Assembly (NCBI GenBank): GCA_020717925.1
Contig: DYDL01000001.1
Location: forward strand, 1-48,522
Length of the DNA stretch: 48,522 nucleotides
Reading direction: 5' to 3'
Origin: Desulfocapsa sp.
Lineage (GTDB): Bacteria; Desulfobacterota; Desulfobulbia; Desulfobulbales; CG2-30-60-27
The notes beneath the pieces are model-generated. The model was not told where the DNA came from. It saw only the letters and a list, made by a program, of their open reading frames with translations, and did not search any database. The translations under genes and the position numbers were made by a program. Shown piece by piece: positions 31,701 through 42,001 of the stretch (position 1 is the first letter of the stretch; each line of letters begins with the position of its first letter).

Positions 31701-32522
31701 ATGGCAACCAAAACCTATAAACCGACATCGGCGGGCAAACGTTCTCTTGTGTCGATCGTTAATACAGAGTTGTCCAAGGCTGGTCCGGAAAAAAGTCTGA
31801 TTCGCTCGATGAAAAAGTCGGGAGGCCGGAACAACAACGGCCGGATCACTGCCCGGCATATCGGTGGTGGCCACAAGCGTCGCTATCGTGTAGTCGACTT
31901 CAAGCGCGACAAGGTGGGTATCCCTGCCCGCGTCGCTGCCATTGAATATGACCCGAACCGTTCCGCCAATCTGGCCCTGCTTTTCTATGCTGATGGCGAA
32001 AAACGTTACATCCTTTCGCCCTTGGGCATGAAGGTTGATGATACGGTGGAGGCCGGCGAGACGGTGGATATTCGCGTGGGCAACTGTCTGCCCATGGGTA
32101 ATATTCCCCTCGGTTCCACCATTCATAACATTGAGATGAGGATCGACAAGGGCGCCCAGTTGGTACGATCTGCCGGCTCTGCGGCCCAGTTGATGGCCAA
32201 GGAAGGGGATTATGTCCTGGTCAAGCTGCCCTCCAACGAGGTGCGCCGCTTTCACCGCAAGTGCCGGGCCTGTATTGGTCAGGTTGGCAACATCGAGCAT
32301 GAGGGCCAGAAGCTGGGGAAGGCTGGCCGTAACCGCTGGAAGGGTATTCGTCCCAGTGTGCGTGGCGTTGCCATGAACCCTGTTGATCATCCCATGGGTG
32401 GCGGTGAAGGCAAGAGTTCCGGCGGTAGGCATCCATGTTCACCGTGGGGTATGCCCTCCAAGGGTTTCAAGACCAGGAAACGGAAAACATCCGACAATGA
32501 TATTGTGAAGAAAAGATCCTAA
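31701..32522 (+). CDS. rplB: 50S ribosomal protein L2
   Basis: 273 aa. [14 protein letters not shown]...[24 protein letters not shown]. Confidence 0.98.
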   Translation: MATKTYKPTSAGKRSLVSIVNTELSKAGPEKSLIRSMKKSGGRNNNGRITARHIGGGHKRRYRVVDFKRDKVGIPARVAAIEYDPNRSANLALLFYADGEKRYILSPLGMKVDDTVEAGETVDIRVGNCLPMGNIPLGSTIHNIEMRIDKGAQLVRSAGSAAQLMAKEGDYVLVKLPSNEVRRFHRKCRACIGQVGNIEHEGQKLGKAGRNRWKGIRPSVRGVAMNPVDHPMGGGEGKSSGGRHPCSPWGMPSKGFKTRKRKTSDNDIVKKRS

Positions 32523-32582
32523 GGGCGGTTTGTTTGGCAGTTAGAATCGCGCATCCGAATAGGAACAGAGGGGGTAGATGCT

Positions 32583-32858
32583 GTGGCTCGATCAGTAAAA
32601 AAAGGTCCCTTTGTGGACGATCATTTAGCGAAAAAGGTTGAGGTCGCCAAGGAGACCAGTTCCAGGAAGGTGATCAAGACTTGGTCCCGGCGGTCGGACA
32701 TCCTGCCGGATATGGTTGGGATCACCTTTGCGGTCCACAATGGCAAGAAATTCATCCCGGTTTTTGTCACCGAGAATATGGTGGGTCATAAGCTGGGCGA
32801 GTTTTCGCCTACCCGGACCTACCATGGCCATACGGCCGGCAAGAAGGTCAAGAAGTAA
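32583..32858 (+). CDS. rpsS: 30S ribosomal protein S19
   Basis: GTG start. (M)[18 protein letters not shown]...[26 protein letters not shown]. Confidence 0.98.
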   Translation: MARSVKKGPFVDDHLAKKVEVAKETSSRKVIKTWSRRSDILPDMVGITFAVHNGKKFIPVFVTENMVGHKLGEFSPTRTYHGHTAGKKVKK

Positions 32859-32913
32859 CCACCCCTGATCGACAGGGGGCTTTTCTGGAAAGCAGAAAGG
32901 AGCCAGAGACGTT

Positions 32914-33246
32914 ATGGAAGCCAAGGCCGTTACCCGATATAGTAAAATTTCTCCGCAAAAGGCCAGGCTGGTTGCCGACCTTGTGCGGGGTAAATCCGTC
33001 GAAGTCGCAATCAACACTTTGCGCTTCATGCCCAAGAAGGGAGCGCGGATTCTGCGCAAGGTCATCGAGAGCGCGGTGTCCAATGCCAGCCAGAATGAAT
33101 CCATTGATGTGGATACCTTGTATGTGAAAACCGTGTTCATTGACGGTGGGCCCATGCTGAAGAGATTCATGCCACGTGCCATGGGGCGGGCAACCAGAAT
33201 TTTGAAGAGGACGAGCCACATCACCGTGGTGCTGGATGAACAATAG
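32914..33246 (+). CDS. rplV: 50S ribosomal protein L22
   Basis: 110 aa. MEAKAVTRYSKISPQKARLVADLVRGKSVEVAINTLRF. Confidence 0.98.
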   Translation: MEAKAVTRYSKISPQKARLVADLVRGKSVEVAINTLRFMPKKGARILRKVIESAVSNASQNESIDVDTLYVKTVFIDGGPMLKRFMPRAMGRATRILKRTSHITVVLDEQ

Positions 33247-33325
33247 AACATTTTGTGTGTGGCTGCTGGCCTAGGTTGGCCAGGCGGTCGAGGTTTCCTC
33301 AACACAGATGTGATGGAGGACTATT

Positions 33326-33970
33326 TTGGGTCAGAAAGTCAATCCGATCAGCTTGCGACTGGGCATTATCCGGTCCTGGGATTCCATTTGGTATGCGGAC
33401 AAGAATTATGTGCCGTTTTTTCTTGAAGACCAGAAGATCCGGAAGTTCTTGAAAAAGAAGCTCTTTCACGCCGGGATTTCCAGGATACATATTGCCAGGA
33501 CCGGCGATAAGGTTCGGGTCAAGCTGATCACCGCCAAACCGGGTATCGTGATTGGCAAGAAGGGCGCTGAAATTGAAACTTTAAAGCGTGATCTTGATAA
33601 ACTCACCAAGCGTGAGTGCCATATCGATATCCAGGAAGTGCGGCGGCCCGAGGCCGATGCCCAACTGGTGGCCGAGAATGTGGCCATGCAGCTTGAGCGC
33701 CGGATTGCCTTTCGGCGGGCCATGAAGAAGGCAGTGAATATTGCCTTGAAGTTCGGCGCCAAAGGTATTAAGATTTCCTGTTCCGGTCGTTTGGGCGGGG
33801 CGGAGATGTCGCGCCGCGAATGGTACCGGGAGGGCAGGGTGCCGCTGCATACCCTGCGGGCCGATGTTGATTACGGCCTGGCCGAGGCCAAGACGACATA
33901 CGGTATTATTGGCGTCAAGGTTTGGATCTTCCAGGGAGAAGTGCTTTCCGAGGGAGAGATGGCGGTTTGA
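33326..33970 (+). CDS. rpsC: 30S ribosomal protein S3
   Basis: TTG start 6 nt after GGAGGA. (M)[23 protein letters not shown], 214 aa. Confidence 0.97.
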   Translation: MGQKVNPISLRLGIIRSWDSIWYADKNYVPFFLEDQKIRKFLKKKLFHAGISRIHIARTGDKVRVKLITAKPGIVIGKKGAEIETLKRDLDKLTKRECHIDIQEVRRPEADAQLVAENVAMQLERRIAFRRAMKKAVNIALKFGAKGIKISCSGRLGGAEMSRREWYREGRVPLHTLRADVDYGLAEAKTTYGIIGVKVWIFQGEVLSEGEMAV

Positions 33971-34048
33971 GCGCTGACCTTGCGTTGGCTTGGGAATTGA
34001 AACATCGCACCATGAGTCGGACACCATCCACGTGATGAGGAAATAGCA

Positions 34049-34465
34049 ATGCTGAGCCCAAAGAAGGTTAAATTCAGGAAACAGCGGAAGGGCAGAATGA
34101 CCGGCACAGCGGCCCGTGGTTCTTCCATTGCCTTTGGTGAGTATGCCTTGAAGGCTGTCGAATGCGGGCTGATGTCGGCGCGGCAGATCGAGGCGGCCCG
34201 TGTCGCGATTAACCGGAAGGTCAAGCGCGGTGGCAAGATGTGGATTCGTGTGTTTCCGGATAAGCCGATCACCAAGAAGCCTGCCGAAACCCGTATGGGT
34301 AAGGGTAAGGGTAATCCGGAATCGTGGGCCGCGAAAATACAGCCCGGCCGTATCCTCTATGAGTTGTCCGGGGTGGAGGAGGAGCTGGCCGTAGTGGCCC
34401 TCACCCTGGCGGCTGCCAAACTGCCGTTCGCCACCAAGGTGATTGCGAGGAGTGCCATTATATGA
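34049..34465 (+). CDS. rplP: 50S ribosomal protein L16
   Basis: 138 aa. [19 protein letters not shown]...[12 protein letters not shown]. Confidence 0.98.
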   Translation: MLSPKKVKFRKQRKGRMTGTAARGSSIAFGEYALKAVECGLMSARQIEAARVAINRKVKRGGKMWIRVFPDKPITKKPAETRMGKGKGNPESWAAKIQPGRILYELSGVEEELAVVALTLAAAKLPFATKVIARSAII

Positions 34466-34659
34466 AACTTGCAGATTTGCGTGGGTTGAACATCGAGGCC
34501 CTGGTCGCCAAGGAAAAAGAACTGGGCGAGGAATTGTTCAAGTTAAGATTCAAACACGGCATCCGGCCGTTGGAAAACACCGCCACGATCAGTGCCGCTA
34601 AAAAGAGCATTGCTCGAGTGAAAACGATCATAGCCGAAAAGCAGTCGGCCGCCAGTTGA
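34462..34659 (+). CDS. rpmC: 50S ribosomal protein L29
   Basis: 65 aa. [32 protein letters not shown]. Overlaps the rplP stop. Confidence 0.96.
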   Translation: MKLADLRGLNIEALVAKEKELGEELFKLRFKHGIRPLENTATISAAKKSIARVKTIIAEKQSAAS

Positions 34660-34717
34660 TTGTTTGCCTTAATACCGGGCAATCTTTAAAACACTTTCCA
34701 AGTGACAGGATAACAAG

Positions 34718-34981
34718 ATGATGGGCGAGTCGAGGAAAAACCGGAAGACGAAGGTCGGTGTGGTGGTCAGCAACACCATGGACAAGAGCGTGGTGGTCAA
34801 CACCGAGCGGACGGTCAAGCATGATTTTTATGGGAAAATCATGCGGCGGAACGTTAAGTACATGGCCCATGATCCTGAGAACAGCTGCGCGGTCGGTGAT
34901 CGCGTTATGATCGAGGAGTGCCGTCCCTTAAGCAAGCGCAAGCGGTGGCAGGTACGAGAGATCATAGCAAAGGCGGTTTAA
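34718..34981 (+). CDS. rpsQ: 30S ribosomal protein S17
   Basis: 87 aa. ...[44 protein letters not shown]. Confidence 0.97.
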   Translation: MMGESRKNRKTKVGVVVSNTMDKSVVVNTERTVKHDFYGKIMRRNVKYMAHDPENSCAVGDRVMIEECRPLSKRKRWQVREIIAKAV

Positions 34982-35019
34982 AATCCTTTCCAGGAACCAG
35001 GGTCGGGATGGAAAGGGAA

Positions 35020-35041
35020 GAACCATTATTGAACCATTATC
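35020..35041 (+). repeat. Tandem 11-nt direct repeat GAACCATTATT GAACCATTATC
   Basis: Read directly at 35020-35030 and 35031-35041 in the rpsQ-rplN spacer. A third GAACCA lies at 34994-34999. The 7-bp hairpin CCTTTCC/GGAAAGG is at 34985-35016. Confidence 0.85.
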
Positions 35042-35113
35042 CAGCCCCTTGATCACACGGGCGGAGCCGAGTTTGTTGCAGAGAAACTTAGCTTGTGCCC
35101 AGACGAGGAAGTC

Positions 35114-35482
35114 ATGATACAGAATGAAACAGTGCTTAATGTAGCAGACAATTCCGGGGCCAAGAAGGTTCTGTGTATCCGGGTGCTCGGTGGAACCAGG
35201 CGTCGCTATGCCAAGGTTGGCGATGTGATCGTCGTGGCCGTCCAGGAAGCTATTCCGAATGCCAAGGTGAAGAAAGGCGATGTCATGCGTGCCGTCATTG
35301 TCCGGACTGCCAGTGCAATCAGGCGTATGGATGACACCTCGGTGCGTTTTGACGACAATTCGGCGGTGCTGCTCACTGGGAGCGGCGAGCCCATTGGTAC
35401 TCGTATCTTTGGCCCGGTGGCCAGGGAGTTGCGGGCCATGGGTTACATGAAAATCATCTCCTTGGCGCCCGAGGTTCTGTAA
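35114..35482 (+). CDS. rplN: 50S ribosomal protein L14
   Basis: [30 protein letters not shown] 35114 follows GAGGAAG. The track start at 35093 adds 7 non-homologous residues. Confidence 0.98.
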   Translation: MIQNETVLNVADNSGAKKVLCIRVLGGTRRRYAKVGDVIVVAVQEAIPNAKVKKGDVMRAVIVRTASAIRRMDDTSVRFDDNSAVLLTGSGEPIGTRIFGPVARELRAMGYMKIISLAPEVL

Positions 35483-35509
35483 GGGCGTGGCAAAAAAAGG
35501 CAGGAACCA

Positions 35510-35845
35510 ATGCAGCTCGATAAAAGCCATATAAGAGTGAATGACCAGGTGGAGATAATTGCCGGCAAGGACAAGGGTCGGGTTGGCAAGGTTCTCAAGG
35601 TCCACTATAAGACCAGCAGGGTTGTGGTGGAAAAGATCAACATGGTGAAACGGCATACCAAGCCCAGCGCCATGAACCAGCAGGGCGGTATTATTGAGAA
35701 GGAAGCCGCTGTGCATGTTTCCAATGTTTTGATTATCTGTCCCAAATGCACGAAGACGGTGCGGGTCGGCAACAAGATGCTGGATGACGGGCAGAAGGTG
35801 CGTTTCTGCAAAAAATGCGGCGAAGCAGTGGAATTCAAGGCCTGA
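35510..35845 (+). CDS. rplX: 50S ribosomal protein L24 (with C-terminal CxxC...CxxC)
   Basis: 111 aa. KOW motif [19 protein letters not shown]-terminal [29 protein letters not shown]. Confidence 0.97.
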   Translation: MQLDKSHIRVNDQVEIIAGKDKGRVGKVLKVHYKTSRVVVEKINMVKRHTKPSAMNQQGGIIEKEAAVHVSNVLIICPKCTKTVRVGNKMLDDGQKVRFCKKCGEAVEFKA

Positions 35846-35872
35846 TAGGGCTGGTTGTTTTTGGAGGCGATC

Positions 35873-36412
35873 ATGGCGGGCGTACAGGAATATTACGAAA
35901 AAGAATGCATCCCCCAACTCATGAAGGAGTTTGGGTATCGGAACATCATGGAGGTTCCCAAAATCACCAAGATTGTTCTGAATATGGGACTTGGCGAGGC
36001 GGTGCAAAACCCCAAGATTGTCGATGGCGCCGCCCAGGAGCTCTCGCTCATCGCCGGACAGAAGGCGGTGATTACCAAGGCTAAACGTTCTATCGCCACC
36101 TTCAAGCTGCGGCAAGGAATGCCCATAGGCTCCTGCGTCACTTTGCGGCGCGACAGGATGTACGATTTTTTCAGCAAATTGGTGCATATTTCCCTGGCCC
36201 GTGTCCGCGATTTTCGCGGGGTATCGCCCAAGGCTTTTGACGGCCGTGGCAATATGAGCATGGGCATCAAGGAGCACATCATTTTCCCGGAGATCGATTA
36301 CGATAAGATCGACAAGATCAAGGGGTTGAACATCTGCATTACCACCAGCGCCAAAACCGACGAAGAGGGGCGCGCCCTTCTTCGTCTGCTGGGTATGCCT
36401 TTCAGGAAATAA
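35873..36412 (+). CDS. rplE: 50S ribosomal protein L5
   Basis: [42 protein letters not shown] 35873 follows GGAGG. Confidence 0.98.
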   Translation: MAGVQEYYEKECIPQLMKEFGYRNIMEVPKITKIVLNMGLGEAVQNPKIVDGAAQELSLIAGQKAVITKAKRSIATFKLRQGMPIGSCVTLRRDRMYDFFSKLVHISLARVRDFRGVSPKAFDGRGNMSMGIKEHIIFPEIDYDKIDKIKGLNICITTSAKTDEEGRALLRLLGMPFRK

Positions 36413-36433
36413 TTAAGGCCAGGGAGAAACACG

Positions 36434-36619
36434 GTGGCTAAGAAATCATTGATAGCGAAAGCTCAGCGCAAGCCGAAGTTCAAGGTAAGGGCATACAACC
36501 GTTGTCCGCTGTGCGGACGGCCGCGGGCCTTTATCCGCAAGTTTGGTGTCTGTCGTATCTGCTTCAGAAATTTGTCATCCCGCGGTGAAGTCGCCGGAGT
36601 GACCAAGTCGAGCTGGTAG
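36434..36619 (+). CDS. rpsN: 30S ribosomal protein S14, short Zn-binding type Z
   Basis: 61 aa, GTG start. ...[27 protein letters not shown]...KSSW. Confidence 0.97.
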   Translation: MAKKSLIAKAQRKPKFKVRAYNRCPLCGRPRAFIRKFGVCRICFRNLSSRGEVAGVTKSSW

Positions 36620-36699
36620 GCCGGCTGGCAGCGTCATAACCAAACGGGCCGCCCGTTAGTTGCAGTCCGAAAAACGCAGTATGATGAGGAGCGCATCGC

Positions 36700-37098
36700 A
36701 TGAGTATGAGTGATCCCCTGGCGGATATGCTGACCAGGATTAGAAATGCCGGCATGGCGAAGTTCAAGAGTGTGGATATGCCGTCCTCCAGGCTCAAGGT
36801 CAACGTGGCCGCTACGCTTAAGAAGGAAGGCTACATTGATGACTATCAGGTCATTGATGACACGAAACAGGGTACCCTGCGGGTTCTTCTGCGGTACGAC
36901 AGCGCCAACCAAAAGGTCATCACCAACCTGCGGCGCGTCAGCAAGCCCGGCCGGAGGATTTATGTGAAGGCGGACGGGATCCCGAAGGTCATGAGCGGCC
37001 TGGGGGTTTCCATCATCTCCACCTCCAAGGGCGTTGTCGCCGACCGTGAGGCCAGAACGCTTGGCCTTGGTGGCGAATTGCTCTGTGAAGTCTGGTAA
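36700..37098 (+). CDS. rpsH: 30S ribosomal protein S8
   Basis: 132 aa. [20 protein letters not shown]. Confidence 0.98.
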   Translation: MSMSDPLADMLTRIRNAGMAKFKSVDMPSSRLKVNVAATLKKEGYIDDYQVIDDTKQGTLRVLLRYDSANQKVITNLRRVSKPGRRIYVKADGIPKVMSGLGVSIISTSKGVVADREARTLGLGGELLCEVW

Positions 37099-37241
37099 GC
37101 CGGCACGGAAGGTTGACGGGCTTGGTGGCAAGAGACGTCATCTGCCCGCCACAATTTTTTTGACGATTGCAAGCGGTATGCATGGCGGCGGCGCAGTTGA
37201 TTATCTGCCAGCCATTTTGCGCAAGACATTGGAGAGATCAC

Positions 37242-37778
37242 ATGTCCAGGATAGGTAAGGCACCGATCACGATTCCCAAAGGGGTCAAGATTCAGACAGA
37301 GGGAACGCATGTCAAGGTCACCGGACCCAAGGGCATTTTGGAGCGGGATATCCGCCCGGAAGTGAAACTTGAGGAAGATGGCGGCATCATGCGGATCGTC
37401 TGTCTGGATGACAGCAAGCGGACCGCGGCCTTTTCCGGTTTGACCCGCACCCTGGTTGCCAATATGGTGCAAGGGGTCGAAAAGGGTTTTCAGCGTAAGC
37501 TGATCATCGAGGGTGTCGGTTACAAGGCCGAGGTAAATGGCAAGGTAATTGTTCTTAATGTTGGGTTTTCTAATTCGGTGAACTTCGCATTGCCCGCGGG
37601 CGTGTCCGCCAAGGTTGAAAAGTCGGACATTTTCCTGGAAGGCATTGACAAGGAATTGCTCGGACTGACTGCCGCCAGGTTGCGCGCCGTGCGGAAGCCT
37701 GAACCATATAAGGGCAAGGGCATCAGGTATGAGGATGAGCGCATTGTGCGCAAGGTCGGCAAGGCGGCCGGTAAGTAA
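37242..37778 (+). CDS. rplF: 50S ribosomal protein L6
   Basis: MSRIGKAPITIPKGVKIQTEGTHVKVTGPKG. ATG 37242 follows GGAGAG. The track start at 37167 adds 25 non-homologous residues. Confidence 0.97.
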   Translation: MSRIGKAPITIPKGVKIQTEGTHVKVTGPKGILERDIRPEVKLEEDGGIMRIVCLDDSKRTAAFSGLTRTLVANMVQGVEKGFQRKLIIEGVGYKAEVNGKVIVLNVGFSNSVNFALPAGVSAKVEKSDIFLEGIDKELLGLTAARLRAVRKPEPYKGKGIRYEDERIVRKVGKAAGK

Positions 37779-37812
37779 CGGGTGAGCTGTTTCAAGAAGC
37801 GGGGAAGAGAAA

Positions 37813-38178
37813 ATGGCTAGGACTAATCCCAAAACGGTGGCCCGGCAGAAGCGTATCAAGCGGATCAGGAAGAAGATTGCCGGTACGCAGGATATGCCGC
37901 GGCTGCGTGTGTTCAAGAGTGCAAAACATATTTACGCCCAAGTTATCGACGACAAGGCGGGACGTACCTTGGTGAGCATGTCCACTGTTGCCAAGGACTT
38001 TACGGCTGAGGATCCGAAGGGCAAAAAGGGTCAAGCCCATCAGGTTGGCAAGCTTCTGGCCGCAAAGGCCAAGGCTGCCGGCATTGAGACTGTGGTCTTT
38101 GACCGTGGCGGCTATATCTATCATGGTAGGGTTAAAGCCCTGTCTGACGGGGCCCGCGAAGGTGGCCTGCTTTTCTAG
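37813..38178 (+). CDS. rplR: 50S ribosomal protein L18
   Basis: 121 aa. ...[18 protein letters not shown]...[26 protein letters not shown]. Confidence 0.98.
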   Translation: MARTNPKTVARQKRIKRIRKKIAGTQDMPRLRVFKSAKHIYAQVIDDKAGRTLVSMSTVAKDFTAEDPKGKKGQAHQVGKLLAAKAKAAGIETVVFDRGGYIYHGRVKALSDGAREGGLLF

Positions 38179-38242
38179 GTTGCACTGGTCGCTATGATGA
38201 CCGGATGCGCTTTGGAAATGTGAGATTGTTGGGAGAATAATC

Positions 38243-38746
38243 GTGGCGAATTTTAAGAATGTTGCAACCGACGATCTGATCGAAAAGATCGTCTTTATCA
38301 ACCGGACCGCTAAGGTTGTTAAGGGTGGCCGACGGTTCAGTTTTAGCGCCATCTGCGTGGTTGGCGATGGCAAGGGCAAGGTCGGGTACGGCCTTGGCAA
38401 GGCCAATCAGGTTCCAGAGGCCATCCGTAAGGGGCTGGAAAAGGCGCGCAAGGACATGCAGGGCGTGGCGCTTTCCGAGACGAGCATCCCCCATGAGGTC
38501 AAGGGAAAATTCGGCGCCGGTCTGGTCATGCTGAAACCCGCCTCGGCCGGTACGGGCGTTATCGCCGGCGGCGCGGTGCGCGCGGTGCTGGAGGCCGCCG
38601 GTATTCAGAACATCTTGACTAAATGTCTCGGATCCCATAATCCCCACAATCTGGTGAAGGCTACTTTGAACGGCTTGCGGACCCTGCGTTCTGTTGAACA
38701 GATCGCGGCCAGCCGGAATAAGACGGCCGCTGAGATTGTTGCCTGA
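38243..38746 (+). CDS. rpsE: 30S ribosomal protein S5
   Basis: GTG start, 167 aa. ...[40 protein letters not shown]. Confidence 0.98.
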   Translation: MANFKNVATDDLIEKIVFINRTAKVVKGGRRFSFSAICVVGDGKGKVGYGLGKANQVPEAIRKGLEKARKDMQGVALSETSIPHEVKGKFGAGLVMLKPASAGTGVIAGGAVRAVLEAAGIQNILTKCLGSHNPHNLVKATLNGLRTLRSVEQIAASRNKTAAEIVA

Positions 38747-38850
38747 AAAGTAAGCTGATTGTCGGGCAGAGGGACATCCTTTGCCAGTATTGTTTCGCCG
38801 GCGCGGGCTGGCGGTGAAAGTGCGGGACTAGTAGAAGGACGGGGCCGACC

Positions 38851-39030
38851 ATGGCAGACCAACTCAAGGTTACCTTGAAGAAAAGCAAGATAGGCAGCAC
38901 CATGAAAATCAGGGCTACCCTGATCGGTCTGGGTTTGACCAAGACCAATAAAACCGTGGTGCGGAAAGATACGCCGGAAATCCGGGGCATGATCAGAAAG
39001 GTTGCACACCTTGTGGTGGTGGAGGAATAG
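38851..39030 (+). CDS. rpmD: 50S ribosomal protein L30
   Basis: Translated by hand (59 aa, below the track cutoff): [59 protein letters not shown]. Canonical rpsE-rpmD-rplO position. Confidence 0.93.
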   Translation: MADQLKVTLKKSKIGSTMKIRATLIGLGLTKTNKTVVRKDTPEIRGMIRKVAHLVVVEE

Positions 39031-39034
39031 AATC

Positions 39035-39481
39035 ATGTTGACGTTAAGCAATCTGTCCCCGCATCCGGGGTCACGCAAGCAGCGGAAACGGGTCGGTCGC
39101 GGCCCAGGATCTGGCCATGGTAAAACCGCGGCGCGCGGACATAAGGGGCAGAAAGCCCGGTCCGGCGGCGGCAACAAACCTGGTTTCGAGGGTGGCCAGA
39201 TGCCTTTGCAGCGCCGCCTGCCGAAGCGGGGCTTCACCAATATCTTTAAACAGGAGTACGCTATCGTCAATGTCCAGGATCTGGAGCGGTTTGAGGTTGG
39301 CGCCCGGGTTGACCGCGCCACCCTCATAGCCCATGGGCTGGTGCACAAGCGTGACCTGCTGGTAAAGCTGCTTGGCAAGGGGGAACTCTCCAAGTCTCTG
39401 ACCGTGGTGGTGGACAAGATCAGTGATGGGGCTCGCAAGAAGGTCGAAGCCGCTTCCGGCACGATTGAGGCTAAGGAGTAA
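39035..39481 (+). CDS. rplO: 50S ribosomal protein L15
   Basis: [48 protein letters not shown] 39035 follows GGAGGAA. The track start at 39002 overlaps rpmD. Confidence 0.97.
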   Translation: MLTLSNLSPHPGSRKQRKRVGRGPGSGHGKTAARGHKGQKARSGGGNKPGFEGGQMPLQRRLPKRGFTNIFKQEYAIVNVQDLERFEVGARVDRATLIAHGLVHKRDLLVKLLGKGELSKSLTVVVDKISDGARKKVEAASGTIEAKE

Positions 39482-39489
39482 GGGTTCCC

Positions 39490-40800
39490 ATGAAGGCCGG
39501 ATTCCAGAACGCCGCTAATATCCCGGAACTGCGTCGGCGTGTGCTCTTTACCTTGGGCATGCTCGCTGTTTACAGAATCGGGGTGCAGATTCCAACACCG
39601 GGTATTAACGGTGAGGCTCTGGCCGCCTTTTTTGCTAAAAACTCCGGCACTCTCTTCGGCATGCTCGATATGTTCTCGGGCGGAGCGCTGCAGAATTTTT
39701 CGATTTTTGCCTTGGGCATCATGCCCTATATCAGCGCCTCGATTATTTTTCAGTTGCTCACGGTAGTGATCCCACAACTGGAAGCCCTCTCCAAGGAGGG
39801 GGAATCGGGCCGGCGCAAGATTACCCAGTACACGCGTTACGCTACCGTGGTTCTTGCCATTATCCAGGGGCTGTTCATCAGTGTCGGCCTTGAGGGCATG
39901 AATGCTCCGGATGGCGGCATGATCGTCATCAACGCCGGCTGGGGCTTTCGGGTCATGACTGTCCTGACGCTCACCTCGGGTACCGCTTTTATCATGTGGC
40001 TGGGCGAGCAGATGACCGAGCGGGGTATTGGCAACGGTATGTCGCTTATCATCTTTGCCGGGATCGTGGCCCGTTTGCCAGTGGCGATTGCCAATACCGT
40101 GCGCATGTCCCTGGCCGGCGAGATGCCCTTTATTCTGCTCCCGGTGCTGCTGGCCATGATGGCGGCGGTGGTGGGGATTATCCTCTACTTTGAAACTGCC
40201 CAGCGTCGCATTCCGGTGCAATACGCCAAGCGGGTGGTCGGCCGTAAGATGTATGGCGGGCAGCAGTCGCACCTGCCGTTGAAAATCAATATGTCCGGGG
40301 TTATCGGGCCGATTTTCGCCTCGTCCATCATGATGTTTCCCGCGACCATCGGCGGGCTCACCAAGATAGAGTGGCTGAAAGAGGCATCCGCGATGATGCA
40401 GTGGGGCAGTTTTCTGCACACCATTATGTACGTCGGGCTTATCACCTTTTTCTGTTTTTTCTACACCGCGGTGACTTTCAACCCGGTGGATGTGGCGGAA
40501 AATCTGAAGAAAAACGGCGGGTTTGTTCCTGGTATCCGGCCTGGCAAGAAAACAGCCGAGTTCATTGACAAGATCATTGTCCGGCTTACCGTCATTGGCG
40601 CCGCCTATGTGAGCGCCATCTGCGTGCTGCCCACGGTGCTTGTCAGCAAGCTGAACGTACCCTTCTATTTTGGCGGTACGGCTCTGCTCATCGTGGTGGG
40701 AGTGGCCATCGATACCATGTCACAGATCGAGTCCCACACTGTGATGCGGAACTACGATGGCTTTTTGAAGAGCGGACGAATCAGAGGGCGACGCGGCTGA
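39490..40800 (+). CDS. secY: Preprotein translocase subunit SecY
   Basis: 436 aa, 10-TM profile. ...LFALGIMPYISASIIFQLL... Confidence 0.98.
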   Translation: MKAGFQNAANIPELRRRVLFTLGMLAVYRIGVQIPTPGINGEALAAFFAKNSGTLFGMLDMFSGGALQNFSIFALGIMPYISASIIFQLLTVVIPQLEALSKEGESGRRKITQYTRYATVVLAIIQGLFISVGLEGMNAPDGGMIVINAGWGFRVMTVLTLTSGTAFIMWLGEQMTERGIGNGMSLIIFAGIVARLPVAIANTVRMSLAGEMPFILLPVLLAMMAAVVGIILYFETAQRRIPVQYAKRVVGRKMYGGQQSHLPLKINMSGVIGPIFASSIMMFPATIGGLTKIEWLKEASAMMQWGSFLHTIMYVGLITFFCFFYTAVTFNPVDVAENLKKNGGFVPGIRPGKKTAEFIDKIIVRLTVIGAAYVSAICVLPTVLVSKLNVPFYFGGTALLIVVGVAIDTMSQIESHTVMRNYDGFLKSGRIRGRRG

Positions 40801-40813
40801 GGTTGTTGCCCTG

Positions 40814-41578
40814 ATGGGGACGAGGATCATCCTGAAATCGGAGGCGGAAATCCGCATCCTTAGTGAAGCAAACCGGATTGTCGCCGCTACCCTTGACATG
40901 CTGCGGAAAAAGGTCGCCCCCGGGGTAACTACCTGGCAGTTGGACACGTGGGCCGAGGAGTTCGCCAGAAAACGCGGGGCCATGCCGGCCTTCAAGGGAT
41001 ATCGTGGTTTTCCCGGCAGTCTGTGCGTGTCGGTGAATCATGAGGTGGTGCATGGCATCCCTTCCAAAAAGGTGATGTTGCTGGAAGGTGATATCGTCAG
41101 TATCGATTTTGGCGTGAAGTATGAGGGCTTTTACGGCGACGCCGCAATCACGGTGGCCGTCGGCAGGATAAGTGAAGAACGGGATAAACTGCTGCGGGTA
41201 ACCAGGGAGTCCCTGCACAAGGGCATTGCTCAGGCGCGGGTCGGCAACAGGATCAATGATATATCCGGTGCGATCCAGGATCATGTGGAAATGCACGGCT
41301 TTTCGGTTGTCCGCCAATTTGTGGGCCACGGAATTGGCGTTCGCTTGCATGAACCACCAGAGATTCCCAACTACCGGCGCAACGAGCCAACCCCGCGCTT
41401 GCAGGCTGGCATGGTGTTGGCCATCGAGCCGATGGTGAACGCTGGCAGCTTTGACGTTGAGGTGCTCCGCGACGGATGGACCGTGGTGACTCGGGATCGG
41501 GCCTCCTCGGCACATTTTGAACACTCGGTGGTGGTTACCAAGGAAGGACCGTTAATCTTGAGCCAATGTCAGGTGTGA
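40814..41578 (+). CDS. map: Type I methionine aminopeptidase
   Basis: 254 aa. ...CVSVNHEVVHGIP...DFGVKYEGFYGDAAITV...GHGIGVRLHEPPEIPNY...LAIEPM...AHFEHSV metal-ligand pattern. Confidence 0.96.
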   Translation: MGTRIILKSEAEIRILSEANRIVAATLDMLRKKVAPGVTTWQLDTWAEEFARKRGAMPAFKGYRGFPGSLCVSVNHEVVHGIPSKKVMLLEGDIVSIDFGVKYEGFYGDAAITVAVGRISEERDKLLRVTRESLHKGIAQARVGNRINDISGAIQDHVEMHGFSVVRQFVGHGIGVRLHEPPEIPNYRRNEPTPRLQAGMVLAIEPMVNAGSFDVEVLRDGWTVVTRDRASSAHFEHSVVVTKEGPLILSQCQV

Positions 41579-41614
41579 GATGGACCGAGTGTTTGTGGTT
41601 AATAAATAAAATGG

Positions 41615-41642
41615 TTGAGCAATAAAAAAAACAAGGTATAGT
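41615..41642 (+). promoter_or_regulatory. Candidate internal promoter upstream of infA
   Basis: TTGAGC (41615-41620), a 16-nt A-rich spacer, TATAGT (41637-41642), inside a conspicuously AT-rich 160-nt spacer. Confidence 0.45.
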
Positions 41643-41739
41643 AACCAATTTTGTCCGCCCCTCCTTGGCCAGAGAATAGCGGGCGGTAAAATTATCATTT
41701 TGACTTTGGTTGCGCATACTTCGGGAGAAACGAGTTTTC

Positions 41740-41976
41740 ATGCCCAAGGAAGAGGCCATTCAGGTAGAAGGGACTATTATCGAGCCGTTGCCCAATGCCA
41801 TGTTCAGGGTGGAACTGGATAACGGTCACAAGGTGCTTGCCCACATATCCGGTAAGATGCGTATGCATTTTATCAAGATACTACCAGGCGACAAGGTCAC
41901 GGTTGAACTATCGCCCTATGATCTGACCCGAGGTAGGGTTATTTTCCGGGCCAAGCAACAACCCCGTAAAAAATAG
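41740..41976 (+). CDS. infA: Translation initiation factor IF-1
   Basis: [73 protein letters not shown] 41740 is preferred over the track start at 41710. Confidence 0.97.
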   Translation: MPKEEAIQVEGTIIEPLPNAMFRVELDNGHKVLAHISGKMRMHFIKILPGDKVTVELSPYDLTRGRVIFRAKQQPRKK

Positions 41977-42001
41977 GGGATCAACTAGAACAGGTGCGGC
42001 G

